Part shown: positions 25,309 to 38,744 of the stretch, one piece after another | Position numbering within the stretch: position 1 is the first letter of the stretch | How the letters are laid out: each line of letters starts with the position of its first letter | Source: Gnetum montanum | Taxonomy: Eukaryota; Plantae; Gnetophyta | NCBI GenBank assembly: GCA_015680685.1 | Contig: MNCI01001941.1 | Span: forward strand, 802,834 to 866,833 | Direction of reading: 5' to 3' | Length of the DNA: 64,000 nucleotides | The notes under the pieces: generated by a model | Databases searched by the model: none | What the model was told of the DNA's origin: nothing | Seen by the model: the letters and a program-made list of their open reading frames with translations, nothing else | Made by a program: the position numbers and the translations under genes

Positions 25309-27105
25309 TGTAATGACTAAAAATGTTGATGGCTAGAACACCAATGTCCATAGGTGTACAACCTAACCTTGAATCTATGTAAGGGCCTACTATAGGTGGA
25401 GACAAGGTGCCCTAAATGGTCAAGCCCATCAAACAAGGACTTACCAAATGCAATGAGGTTGCAATATGGTTAGCTACGATGCTAATATGAGATGGTGCTA
25501 AGGGATGTAGGCAATGTTTATAGTACTTACAATGTTTGTGGTGTTAGTGGAGTCGAGCATAGTTATGGATGCTTGAGGGGGCAAGCATAGTCAAGGGTTT
25601 CAACAAGGTAGATGATGTCAATGCATAAGGACCACTACCTAATCATAGTTCAAGTATATCTATGCAATAAAAATGGTAGAAAATGCAAATAAAGTATGAA
25701 AAATACAAAGAAATGAAGAGAATGAAGTAGAGTGCCATCCCAAATGGGGCTGAGCATAATTAACACCAAGAGGAGGTTAGAGGATATGTGGTATATAGCA
25801 AGAACATGTGGATAGCATAGTCACAATCCTTGGGGTGTCTGGCCATGAAGACTGGTGTCCTATCGAGGTGTTTATGTCTACTAGGTTGACCACTATGGTA
25901 TACCACTAGGCATGGTGTTCTACTAGACTACGAGGGTTTCTACAGTGATCTACAACTTCACCTTCTTTTTGATTCGCTAATATGCCCTCAATCATATATG
26001 AGATCCAACTGTTACTACATTGAAGACGTAGGTATTTATATGGTTATAGTTATTGGGAAATGTGGGATGGATAACATGTGGTTGATGGGTTGGTTCGAAC
26101 TATGCTAAGCGTAGTTACTGTTCATGTGGTGTACTGATGGGGCTAATAGTGTTGTGCTTTGTTGTGCTCCAGTGGACTCTATAGGACTATGAGAATATGA
26201 ATACACTACCAACTACATGTGTGTGCATCGAGAGGACCATGAGGTACCTAAAAATGAAACTCAAAGACTAAGCTCTCCAAGCTCATACATGGGGTCAAGC
26301 ATAGTTACAATTTTGAGGAAAATGGGATATAAAAAAAAAGTATCTTCCAACTAAAATTTCCAAAGGTGAGTTGACTACATTCTAAGTGTCATTTCTATGC
26401 TATGGAGACCATTGGAGATTGTCGTTACAATCTACACTCTTTTAAAAAGTAACTACAATCTAGGCTGGGGGAGAGCATAGTCTCATTGCTAGTGAAATCT
26501 AAGGAAAATGGATTTTTTGTAGACTAAAATCTCCACAAGAGGTTGACCATGCTCTCAACTAGGGTCAAATGTAGTCTTGACACTTACCAAGATTTGCAGA
26601 AATTAGCCTTCTACTAACTATGCTCTCCATGAGAGGCTAACTACACTCTCAACTAGGGTCAAGTGTAGTGTCGACACTTACTAAAATTTGGAGAAACTAG
26701 CCTTATGCTAACTATGCTCTCCACAAGAGGCTGACTACACTCTCAACCTAGGTTGACACTTACTAAAATTTGCAAAAACTAGCCTTTTTCTTACTACACT
26801 CTCCATGAAAGGCTAACTATGCTCTCAACTAGGGTCGAGCATAGTCTCAACACTTGGCAAAATTTGTGAAAATTGGCCTTTTGCTAACTATGGTCTCCAT
26901 GACTATGCTATCTACACTCTAGAATGGTGTACTTGGGGTAGAGCATAGTCTCAACACTTAGGTAAAATTTTAATATTTTTCCCTCCAACTAACTATACTC
27001 TAGGAGACTACGCTCTCTACACTCTGCAAATAGGTTGAGTGTAGTTTTTACTTTTTGCCAAAATTTGTAGCTGAAACATCGTAGTCCTGATGTGGTGGTG
27101 TTTCA
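25309..27105 (-). repeat. 3' LTR of B with ~90-95-bp internal repeats
   Basis: TGTAATGA..GTTTCA termini; colinear with 36932-38739. Confidence 0.92.
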
Positions 27106-27764
27106 TTGGCCCCTCTTTCTAGATGTCTAGAGGAGTGGCCCAAGAAACATCAACAATGAATAGCAAAACATCATAGTAGAATTGGCACCAACATCACTCT
27201 TCAAAACCTAATCGAATGTCACTACACTATGTCCAAGAGTGTTGTGGATAGTGGTATGCTAGATAGTAGGTGAGAAGTGGAAGTAAAAGGTGTAGGTGAT
27301 GTAATAGGGATAAAAGAAAAGATGAGGTGCAAGCGAGATGTTATAAAATGAGGACATCATGGCTAATGGTGACCATGGCATCAAAGTGGCTTGCCCTTGA
27401 AAATGTTGATCTCTCATCAGAGTACTTGTGAGCGAGCCAAGGTGTAGATTAAGGCTAAGCTAGTTACAAAATTCCTTTGTTGCTAGGTTGCTTGGGGATG
27501 TGCTTTTTCCCTTTGCCTCCTTTTTTTTATTGTGGAGTAAACCTTATTTAGGCTCTGCACATTACTAAATCATGGTGAACTACTAGTTTATAGTCTTAAC
27601 AAACATTTTCTGCCAGTTTAACATTGGACCCAAGGATGAGCTATGCTAGTTTATAGTTATAGTAGATCTCTATGCTAATTTAATGTTGTAGCGGATGAGC
27701 TATGCTAGTTTAACATCGTAGTAGACAAATGCTTACCTTGCTTCATTGATGTATGATGCTGCAT

Positions 27765-27955
27765 GCTAGATATAGTACAGCTTCAAGTGCAAATGGCTTA
27801 TTGGATTGGCAAATTCATTTCTAGCTTCATCAACAATCTTGAATGCTCCATTGTCATAGGCCTTAGTAACTAGAAAAGTCCCTTCCCAGTTGGCTAAGAA
27901 TTTATCCATGGGTTCACAAATGCCCTTGAGAACTAGGTCCCCTTTCCTGATTAGG
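27765..27955 (-). pseudogene. Integrase C-terminal (GPY/F) remnant
   Basis: IRKGDLVLKGICEPMDKFLANWEGTFLVTKAYDNGAFKI..PISHLHLKLYY, paralogous to the end of A's integrase. Confidence 0.85.
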
Positions 27956-28176
27956 TGTTAATGCTAGTTGTGATGATGCTTTTACCACTGCCAAAGTGTG
28001 TTGTACCCCTAGTGAGTGCTAGGTGCGTTAAATGAACTAATTAACATTCTACACCTACGGGGCTTGTTGGGTGTATTATCAAATTGCTAAGTTATGTTAG
28101 TATTTTATTGTAATTATATTAAAATTTGCATCTATGCATATATAATAACACTTAGCCTATTTTTTAATGACTATAG

Positions 28177-31100
28177 GGTGCTATTGAAACCCATTCTCAT
28201 TGTAGTTGAGCTCATGAGCATCCTGTGTTGCATGAGCAAACCCATGCCCAACACGCTAGCACAAAACATGTAGGTGGAAAATTAGGCAATGTGGTTTCAT
28301 CCAAGAGCCTAGGAGTTCTTAGAGTACCTATTACAATAGTTCAGTGTGATCATGTGATCACATTTGGCAATTGAGGCTACTAGTGCTATCACTAACATGC
28401 TACTACCCAGGGCTAACCAGAACATTCTAAAGTTTGTCTCAAATGAGCTTTCTAGAAACATTGATGGGGCAAGAGGCTTAAGTAGAGTTACCATGAGTGC
28501 TCATTAGCTATTGAGACTGTGGCACATGATGGGGATTACTTGTTATAACAAGAGCAATGCTACTTTTATCACACAACAGTTGCACACTCTATTCCAAAAC
28601 CCACATAGAACTATCTACTACGTTAGAGAATAAGTGTGTCTATGGCTCTTGCAGTATTTTATGCTACTTGGTTATGTTAAATTGCTAATTATTATATGGT
28701 TGATGCTAGGTTCAGAGTTGATGAAGGTGACCTACATGATAATTTAGATGCTCTAGTATTAACTTGAACTACCTTAGAGATATTCTCATCTAGCACAAAT
28801 GTTCAAGAAACCATGATTAAGTAGTTTAGGCACGATCTTAAGGCCTACATCACTTGTTACTTGAAGGAGTACAAGCAATGTAGGACCTAATTTTGGTTAG
28901 ATGAGGAATGGACCACTAGTTAGATTAACACCAAGGACATGTCTTCAACACCACCCCCATCTCATACTGCGTTCATGCCACATGTGTATCTACATTTTTC
29001 ATTCACGTACTTGTGTATATGCCCTATGTTATTTTTCTTTGTGTTGCAATGATGGTTGCCTTAGTTGAGATGATGGTGGTTACCACAAGTTGCATAGAGA
29101 TCACCCTCATCATGAAATATGGGGATGTGAAGGATGCACAACACTAGCTATGTCACAAAGCACTAGATGTGTTGATGGCTTGACTCATGCATGCTAGGTT
29201 AATGAACCTATTCTTGGCCCTTAGCCTAAGTATCCCAATTTTCAAAATGGTTACCATCATTAACTCCTATAGCAGTGACATCAAGCAATTCATCACTTGG
29301 GTGCACGACATGACATTAGTGCTAGACCTTAGCAAGGCCTTCTTCGGTGAGTTCTTTGGCATCCCTATTGATAGCCTAACAACTGTCGATAAGGCCAATA
29401 GGAAGGTGGACTATAGAGAGGAGATCAAGGACTAGTTGGAAGCCACTTGATCTTACAAAGGCATATCAATCAAAGATGTGTAGCTGCTTGAGGTGTAGGA
29501 GCTCTACCCTTTGTTCCATGCTTGTGCATTTCCAAAGTTGCTTTCCCAAGGTAAGATCCTAGGGATCAAGTAGGAATGGGTGATGAAAGAGTTTCTACTA
29601 GAGGGTATGAGGTTCAACTAAGACAAGTACATAGCCACTAGTCTACATGCAGAGATTTCTAGGCTATGATTCAACCTCTAGGCAAGTTCCCACGTGCACT
29701 TCATGTTCTTTCCAAGATACATACGAAGGTTTGCAGAGCTTTTGGTCATGTGGGATGATGGACTATGGGTGATATAAGATCATGAGCAGCTATCCAATCC
29801 ATGGGTCAAACACATGTTTTCAACCACATGCACATAGGATTTCCTAGAGGGAATTAATGAGTTGTTGTCAATAACAACCAAGGTTCCTGTGGGGCACTCG
29901 TACTATTCAAGCAATAGTACAAGTGAGGGTCCTTCAATTAGCATGCAATACTACATGAGGTAGATCAATACATAGTAGATACATGGAGCCATCTAAGGCC
30001 AGGTTCAAGAGGTCACATCCTCAAGAGGAAGCTACCCCTAAGATTAAGAAACCAAGTAGCAAAACGATCTGCATTAAGCTACAAAGCTTGCATTTGAATG
30101 TTGCAGGTTAGTATACGTAGATTCTTAGATGCCTTAGTTGCATTTACGTATATATTATTTTTTATTTTTTCTAATGTTATAATGTTAATTATCTAATTAT
30201 GTGCTATACATGTATATGTGTTAATTGCAAAAAAAGAAGAGAGGGCTATAAGAGTAGCAGCTGAGGTTGCATCAAAGGAAGTGCCTCCTCAAGCTGAGGA
30301 GGAAGTAGCTCATGGAGATGAGCTTCATGAGGTGGTATAGGTCCTCCAAAAATTGGAAGAAGAGGGCTTGATCCAACCCAATGGGGGTGATTTTCACACT
30401 TTTTCTGATGCTATGTAACTAGGTAAGCCCCCTACACCCACACTTGAGAGCTTACTAGGTAATATACCTTTATTGCTATCTATCATCCCTTGTTTTCTCT
30501 GATATCTTAAGTTGTGTCAAGTCATGTCCTAATTTCATCATTGTATTATAACATTAGATATTTCCATAGTGGTCCTACATCTACCTATTGCATGGAGCCA
30601 TGGGTAGAGATGTTGAATAAACTTACCTTCATAGAAGGTATTGTTAAGGACATGATGAACAACTTATGATAAGTGGACCCAAAGATACGTATGCATGTAG
30701 TGCTATTCCATTTTATGCTATCTATCTTATTACTTAAACACTTAGTTTTTTATTGACATTGATTGATTATTGTATGCTTGTAGGTCCTAAGCTGTAATGG
30801 GATCTGACCAAGGTAACAAGGGTGGATGCTCTATGTACCCTTCCTCCTAAGGTTGATCAAGTGCCTCTTCACATGTGTGAGACATCTAACAAGGGTTCAT
30901 TTTCTTGTGAAAACTTTTTCTGGGTCTATAGGTACTCTAATTAGCACCTATAGAAACATGTGCATGAACTGTAGGAGAGGATGACTAGCCAAGATGAGAA
31001 GATCAAGGATCTTCAATCTAAATATGACTTCATAGTAGCTAGATCATGGGGAGATGGCACCTAGGGTACCTCTAAGATTGAATATGCCAAGTATTGAAGT

Positions 31101-31795
31101 GCTCTCAAAGGTAAGAATGAGGCCATGTAGTAGCTCTCAAAGGTATTGGAGTGCTCTCAGATGGATTTTCTTACTTAGAAGAATTAGGATTGGAAGAATT
31201 ATAGCACAATAGTTTATTAGTGGGGATAGATGTAGAAGAATCACAAGCATTAGTACAAGTGGGACCACAACACATACTTGTGCTAGTACAAAGAAGAGTC
31301 TACCAAACACCACCACCTCCACATGTTTCTTGAGGTGACCAATGGAAAGCAAACATATGACTTGTTCATGCAATGTACAATTGTAAGTGAATATTCCATC
31401 AGGAAGATTGTCACCCCTTTCAAAGAGGCATCTTCTGCCACATTTTCCATGGAGCCATCCACATAGACCACCATGGACAAAGGAAAAACCCTTGTGGGTA
31501 TTAACTTTGGCTAGGAAGATTAGATTCAACTTTTCAAAGCTAAGATCCTCCATCGCTTGGAGGCCAACCTTGGAAAGTTACCTATAGAACTCACCAATGT
31601 GGAACCCTCCTAGGTTAGTTTATACTACATTAGTTTTTTATGCTTTTTATGTTTTGAGTTAGCTCATCTAATGCATGCTTGCTTACTAATTATGCATATT
31701 TGTTAATAGTTCTTGTAGGTACCAGGTGATGCTATAGGCCCTAGTGAGTGAGTCGAGGAAGCAAAACCTCCACCTCCACCTAGCGCTACTAGTTG
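28177..31795 (+). pseudogene. Multi-exon antisense accessory gene of element B (tentatively plant-mobile-domain-like core, acidic and coiled-coil regions)
   Basis: Coding blocks homologous to 46181-49890, separated by AT-rich introns: ~28630-28709, ~28984-29049, 30107-30230, 30423-~30557, 30689-30783, ~31614-31718. Some splice sites are decayed. Confidence 0.75.
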
Positions 31796-31974
31796 AGCAT
31801 GACCAGATGTACCTTCCACTAGGCTTTTATGCTACATTTTTGCTATGTGATGCTATATATGATATGTATTACTATTCATATTATATTTTCTATGGATGAT
31901 TGTTTGCTAAGTGTAATGTGCAAATTTTATTCCTATATGATGATTTTATTGCATTTTCTATGAGTATGTGAGTC

Positions 31975-32440
31975 TGGGCCATTATGAGCCATAGCAATAC
32001 TAGGTCATTGCAAGCCATAACAAGTCTATTATTAGTTTAAAGCCTTGATGGGTCCCATGCAAGTTTAAGACCACAGTGGGCCACTATGATAGTTTAAGGC
32101 CATTCTAAGTGATGGAAATATTTTAAGGCCATTTTGGACTATGGAAATAGTTTAAGGCCATTTTGGACTATGGAAATAGTTTAAGACCATTTAGGGCTAC
32201 GTGTTGCTATTTTAATGCCATTCTAAGCTACAACGATGGGGATAGTTTAAGGCCATTCTGGGCCACAACAAGGTGTTTAAAGGTGATGGTTTTAGGCCAT
32301 TCTGGGCCACAACAAGGTGTTTAAAGGTGATAGTTTTGGGCCATTTTGGGTCACTAGTATAGTTTAAGATCATAGTTTTTTCCATTTCGAGCCATAACGA
32401 AATTAAAAATGATAGTTTTAGGTCATTCTAGGCCACATAT
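31975..32440. repeat. Short tandem repeats (ATAGTTTAAGGCCATT..) in the non-coding region after protease
   Basis: ~30-bp units plus a near-exact duplication of AGGCCATTCTGGGCCACAACAAGGTGTTTAAAGGTGAT. Confidence 0.75.
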
Positions 32441-32764
32441 TTACTATCTCTATTTTTTTGTGATTTTTTCACTTTTATGATTTTTACGGATTTTTTATGT
32501 TTTTCATGCATTAAAGTATAATTGCAGAAGTGTAAACTAAGTAAGAAAATATGTAGACAAAGTAGATGAATGTGTAAAAAAAGCAAGCAAATGCATAAAC
32601 CATGAGAACTAGTGCATAATTTGAGAAATCAAGCTAAATGCAAATAACATACTACAAGGCTAATCTAATGTAAAACAAATGCAACATAAGAAAAAAGTAA
32701 AATACAGGGTGCATAGAAGCAAATAGTAGGTAAGAACCTAGTGCATTTTGGACTAAGGGGATAC

Positions 32765-35700
32765 CTTAGTCACGTAGTTGCTTCCTAACTTGGTGTGGGT
32801 TAGGAAGCCTGTAAGGTCTATAGATCATACTATCTAGTAATCCACTTGATCGTTTTTTACTATGTCAAAGGGCAGTTTTGCCCAAAGAGCATCCTCTAAG
32901 AGGTCACTAGCTTTTACTACGCTTTCAATTGTATTGGCTTCATGAGTCTCATTCTTTGCCATAGATGTGTCATTAGGAAACCTAACCTTTGACCCTTGCT
33001 CTATGTCTACATTGTTGATGGCTAAGGGGACAACATTATTACTATGGATGATAACTTCACCACCTTCATATGGGAGGTGGATCTCTTGATGAATTGGAGA
33101 GGAGACAGCTCGTAATTGAGCTAGCCAAGGTCTACCCAATATTAAGTTGAAGCCTAACATCTCTTGTATGATAATGAACTTAGTAGTGATGGGGAATTGC
33201 TCCCCTAATACAAAAGCTATAGTAATAGTACCTCTAATAATGACAAGTGATCCATTAAAGGATTTCAAGCATGTGGTGTTTATTAGCCTAATCTAATCTT
33301 TGAGTCCTACCTTATCCATGATAGTGTATGGTATTATGTTTGTTACTACTTCATCATCGACATGCACTCTACAAATTTTACATTGTCGAATGTGTATAGT
33401 AATAAATATAGGAGTTGTTATGACCTTGTCCCTCTTGGGATTGACCTTGATTTCTTCATCGCAAAATGCTAGGGATGTGGAACTTGATTACTATGGTGCA
33501 GGGAGCAACATCACTGCATGGATGGAAGTCTCATCTACAAGGATGTCCTTTGTAATAGGGATGAAGGTCAAGATTTGCACCATTGCTTCCTAGTGGGAAA
33601 ATGAGATCATGATTAGATCATACAAGCTCAATGTCAAATTTTTCTATTTAAGCACTTGTTTGACTTGGGCTAATGCATCCACAAAGTCCTTGCCATTAGC
33701 CATGTTTTTGTTGGCCTTAACTTCTTCCATCTAGCATAAGAGTCAGATTTCTCATGGAGGCAACTTAGCCTTTATTTACCTAGCTTGCTTAGGGGCCTTA
33801 GTGCTCCCTTGTGATTTACTCGTTATGGCCTCTTCAGTTGTTTTGGCCATAGGAATCATAGATATAGGAACTAGTTTTGGTGGACCCAATGCTCTTTGGT
33901 CTTGATGTTGCCTAATCATATTGTCTACAAGATGCTCATTGGATCTCCTGAGTTGCCACCTCAGAAACCTACTAATGTTGCTAGTGAGGTTATCCCTTGG
34001 AAAGGAAGGGACTGATGCATTCACTACTAGTAGGCTTTGGATAGGTGGCACTTTATGGGGAAATCAAAACTATGAATGGAGTTATGAATTCTTGAGGTGG
34101 CACTCTAATAACAAAAGGGGGCCTCAAACTTGTGGGGGCTGAGGGGACTCTTGCATTACTAGAGGGCACCCAGACCATGAATGGCTACTGCATCGATTAT
34201 GGATCATCATCAACATTGATAGCATTTGTGACATAGCTAGCATCATCTACATTTAGAAGGTCATTGTACACCCTCATGGAGTAGTTCTAAGGCCTGAATA
34301 GATTTGTAATGTTAAGTACTAGCTCGCCTCTATCAATCATCCTTTGTAGATTGTCTTACATGGCTAAGAAAAATTTTATGTTATGGACAGGAAACTAATG
34401 GTAATGACAAAATCAATCCAACCTAAAATGTCTTGGGACCAGGGGCTCATTTGGTGCTACTAAAGTAGGATTTCTTAGTAGCTCACAATATCTATCATGT
34501 TTTTTGTGGGCATCCTAGGACATTTGTTTGTATTGGATACATTCATCTTTTAGTAGTTAATTTAGCAACTCTAAAGACCTTAGTGGCAATGGGGTATACT
34601 TAGAGTGATCCTTGTGCTCAAAGTTGGGCCTTTGAACAACCTATTCTATGGACACCAAGGATGTAGGTTGGTTGATTACTTAGCACTAGAGTTGGTAGCT
34701 TTGTTGTTAGCTAGGGCTTTAGGCTACCTAGCTTTCTACCTTTGGTTGGTTGCTTTGGCTTCTTTGGCTATAGTTGCTACCATTTAATTTTGCTTTCCCT
34801 TGTCTTTGTCTCTCCTTGCATGTTTTTCCTTGTTGGCCACATAGGCTGGGTCCTTACTAGCTTTTGCCATGTCTTCTATGCTTTTGGTTTGAGCGAAGGC
34901 TTGGCTTAGGGATTTCAGGCCCAAGTAATACAATTTTAACTTTATACATTCATTGACTACACCCTTGAAAATGGCTAGGAAATGTACTTCAGCTATCAAC
35001 TCTTGCATTTCATTTAGCATTGCACTCTAGCATTGAATGAACTACTGAACGGGCTCTAAGTGGCCCTACTTAACTTACATTAGTTGTTCTAAGGTTGTCT
35101 ATGGCTTCAAGTTGTATTTGAAGCACATTACAAACTGGCTCAAGAGGTCCTCCAAAGAGAAGATAGAGCCTTTAGGCAGTGCACAATACCAATCTAATGC
35201 TTTGCTAGTTAGTGACATGGTGAACATATGCATGATGGCATGTGGCCATGGTTGCAATAGTAGGCAGTTTGGCCTAAATGTGACTAGATGTGAATTAGGG
35301 GCTCCCTCACTATTATATTTGCTAAATTGAGGCAGTGAGATTCTACCTGAAAGAGTTAAAGGTGGGACTATAGGACTTATAGGATCATCTTTGTATAATT
35401 TCACCACTTTAATAGTTTCATAGGAGGTAGATTTGAGTTTCTTCACCTCTTCTATTAAGCTTTGGATCATCTAAAATGCTTAGTTTAAGCTTTGAGATTC
35501 TTCAGCTGGTTGTGTTGACTTTGTTATCTACTATTAGACTAGCTATGTGGCCCATGGCCTAGTTGCACATTACAAAATTGCACAATGCACATAATGCATT
35601 GGTTGTGCTATAGGGATAGTGATTGGGGTAAGCAATGTGCATGTGAGTTGGGCTGACATTGGGGCTATTGATGAAACATGTAGGATGTAGGATGCCTAAG

Positions 35701-36419
35701 TCGTTTGGGGCTTGGAGACGAGCCCTGCATGGATGTACAGTTGAGTTGATATGATTACTATGGGAAAAGATAGCTAACTGGGTTACGATGATGCCACAAA
35801 GGGCAAGTCACAAGGAACCATTACCTCATAATGTGTGTATTATGTCTAATGCATTGCTATCACAAGTGGTAACCTAGGCCTTGTGGAGTAGGAAGGTGAT
35901 GCCAGTGCTATGACCATCTCGAAGAGAATGGGTGAACTAGACCAAGGAGGAACTATACTAGGGATCACTCATTGGAAGATGATATGGAAGGATCCCTCAT
36001 GCTTGCAACAAGCTCTAAACTCATCCTCTTCCTCCTATAGGGCTTTCTTATAGTCCATTCCTACATCATGCTCACCTACTTGAATGAGCTAGGCTAATAA
36101 ATGATGGTGGGGTTCCATAAGTGGGATGATCAAAAGAGGAGGGGATATACTCCCATTCATCCTAATGTGTTAGCTCATAGTTTCATTTTTTCTCAATGTT
36201 AAAATGGTCTAAAGATAACCCTACTTGAATCTTCATGCATATGAAGTTGTACTGATCATTGCTTAGTGTAGCATATTTTGGGTCTTGACCACATAACCTA
36301 AGAGATTTCCTTTGTCCTACCATTACAAGACTCCTAGGGGCATCCATCCTCATCTCCTGTTGGATGGGCAAGATGTCGAGTGCATTCAAGATTGACATTA
36401 GAGGTTGATCTAAGTTCAT
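32765..36419 (-). pseudogene. gag-protease of element B
   Basis: LPQFSKY..G.PNSHL..F..MFTMSLTSKALDWYCALPKGSI (35099-35470); FCHYH..H knuckle at ~34340-34410; CRVHVDD..TNIIP; FNLILGRPWL..AVSSPIHQ. Confidence 0.88.
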
Positions 36420-36908
36420 GGATGTAGATCAAGTTGCAAAGGGGGACTACAAGGGTTGTTGGTTGCAAAACACTATGGACCATGCTAAAACTAACCCTAT
36501 CCTAGCTAACACCACTGACTACGCTCTCGACACTAGAGATAAGACTACAATAATTATGTTCTCTATGTTGAAGAGAGAACTACACTAACTATGCTCTCCA
36601 TGCTAAAGAGTGGACTACATTGGCTATGCTAGAGATGGCTACACTTCAGCAGAAAATAATGGGCTTTTAGTAGATAGTGGGAATGAGTGTGATGTGGGTT
36701 GTAATGCAAGGCCCCGGGAGAACTAACTATGGAGTCCAATCTACACCAATAGGTTAGTAGACAATTCTTGCACTAACCTAAGATCCAACTACTACTACAT
36801 GCATAGCAAGTCTACAAGGGTGTTATGGTCTACACTAGCTCAAAGCTAGCAACTGTGATGAAGAGAGCATGCGACACAACCGCAAAAAAGTCTAAAAAAG
36901 TGGTTCAA

Positions 36909-36925
36909 CCCTTCTTCTAGCACCA
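36909..36925 (-). promoter_or_regulatory. PBS of B
   Basis: TGGTGCTAGAAGAAGGG next to the LTR; same type as the PBS of D. Confidence 0.75.
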
Positions 36926-36931
36926 AAAAAT

Positions 36932-38739
36932 TGTAATGATAAAAAAAATCAATGGCTAGAACACTAAGGTCCATGAGCACAAAACCTAACCCTAAATCCA
37001 AGCAAGGGCCTACTAAAGGTAGAGATGGAATGTCCTGAATGATCTAACCGATTGAACAGAGACTTTTCAAATGCAACGAGGGTGTAGCATGGTTAGATGA
37101 AATGCTAATGTGAGATAGTTCTAAGTGTTGTAGGTGGTGTTTATGGTATTTTTGGTGTTTACGGTGTCAGTGGAATCAAGCATAGTTATAAGCGCTTGAG
37201 GGGGCAAGTGTAGTCAAGGGTTTTGATGAGGTGGACAATGTCAACATGCAAAGACCACCATCTAAGCATAGTTCAAGCATGTCTACATAGTCAAAATAAT
37301 TAAAAATGCAAATAAAGTGCAAAAAATGCAAAGAAATAGAGAGAATGAAGTGGAGTGCCACCCCAAATGGGGTTGAGTATAGTTAACACCAAGAGGGACT
37401 TAGAGGATACGAAGTATACAGCAAACGTAGGTGGACTACATAGTCACAATCCCCAAGGTGTTTAATTGCAAAGAATGGTGTCCTACCAAGTTGTCTATGT
37501 CTTCCAAGTTTACTGCTACAATGTACTACTAGGCATAGTATTCTGCTAGGCTACAGAGATTTCTGTAGTGATCTATAACTTCACCTCCTTTTTGGTTTGC
37601 CAATATTCCCTTAATCATATATGAGGTCCAACCATTACTTCATTGAAGGCATAGGTATTTATAAGGTTAGGGTTAGCAAGAAATGCGAGATGGCCACCAC
37701 ATGGTAGATGGGATGGCTACAACTATACTCAGCATAGTTACTATTCATGTGGTGTACTAATGGGGCTACTAGTATTGCACTTTTCTATGCTTTATCAAAC
37801 TTTGATGGACTATGAGACTGTGACTACACTGCCAACTACATGTGTGTGCACCAAGGGACTATGAGGTACCTAAAAAATGAAACTTAGAAACTATGCTCTA
37901 TGGGACTATGCTCTTCAAACTCTCACATGGGGTTGAGTGTAGTTACAATTTTAGGGCAAAGGAAATACCAAAAAGAAGTATCTTGCTGACCATGCTTGCC
38001 AAAGGTGAGTTGACTGCATTTTAGAGTTGAACTAGGCATTGTTGTTGTGATGTCAAGGCCACTAGAGATCATCCTTGCTGACTACACTCTTCTAAAATGT
38101 GACTACACTATGTACCAAGGGAGAGCATAGTCTCATTACTAGTGAAATCTAAGAAAAATGGGCTTTTTGTAGACTCTGGTCTCCACAAGAGGCTAACTAT
38201 GCTCTCAACTAGACTTGAGCATAGTCTCAACACTAGAAAAATTTGCAAACACTAGCCTTCTACTAACTATGCTCTCCATGAGAGGCCAACTATGCTCTCA
38301 ACCAAGGTCAAGCATAGTCTCAACACTTAGAAAAATTAGCAAAAACTAGCATTTTACTGACTATGCTCTCCAGAAGAGGTTAACTACACTTTCAATTGGG
38401 GTTGAGCATAGTTTTGACACTTAGCAAATTTTATGAAAACTAGCCTTCTGTTATGCTCTCAACTAGGATCAAGCATATTTTTGACACTTGGCAAAATTTG
38501 TGAAAACTAGCCTTTTGTTGACTACGCTCTCCATGACTATGATGTCTACACTCTAGAATAGGGCACTTGGGCGAGAGTGTAGTCTTAACACTTAGGCAAA
38601 ATTTCAAGATTTTTCCCTTAAATTGAATATTCTTTGGAAGACTATGCTCTCTACACTCAACAAAGGGATTGAGCATAGTTCCTACTTTTTGCCAAAATTT
38701 GTAGCCAAGATGTTGTAGTCTTGATTTGGTGGTGTTTCA
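36932..38739 (-). repeat. 5' LTR of B
   Basis: Colinear with 25309-27105. Confidence 0.92.
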
Positions 38740-38744
38740 ATAGG

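Larger units (their letters stand above)
25309..38739 (-). mobile_element. Tat/Ogre-type element B (13.4 kb): LTR-PBS-gag-PR-[antisense spliced gene]-INT tail-PPT-LTR; RT, RH and INT core absent
   Basis: TSD ATAGG (25304-25308 and 38740-38744); LTRs 25309-27105 and 36932-38739; PBS 36909-36925; PPT 27106-27120. Confidence 0.93.
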
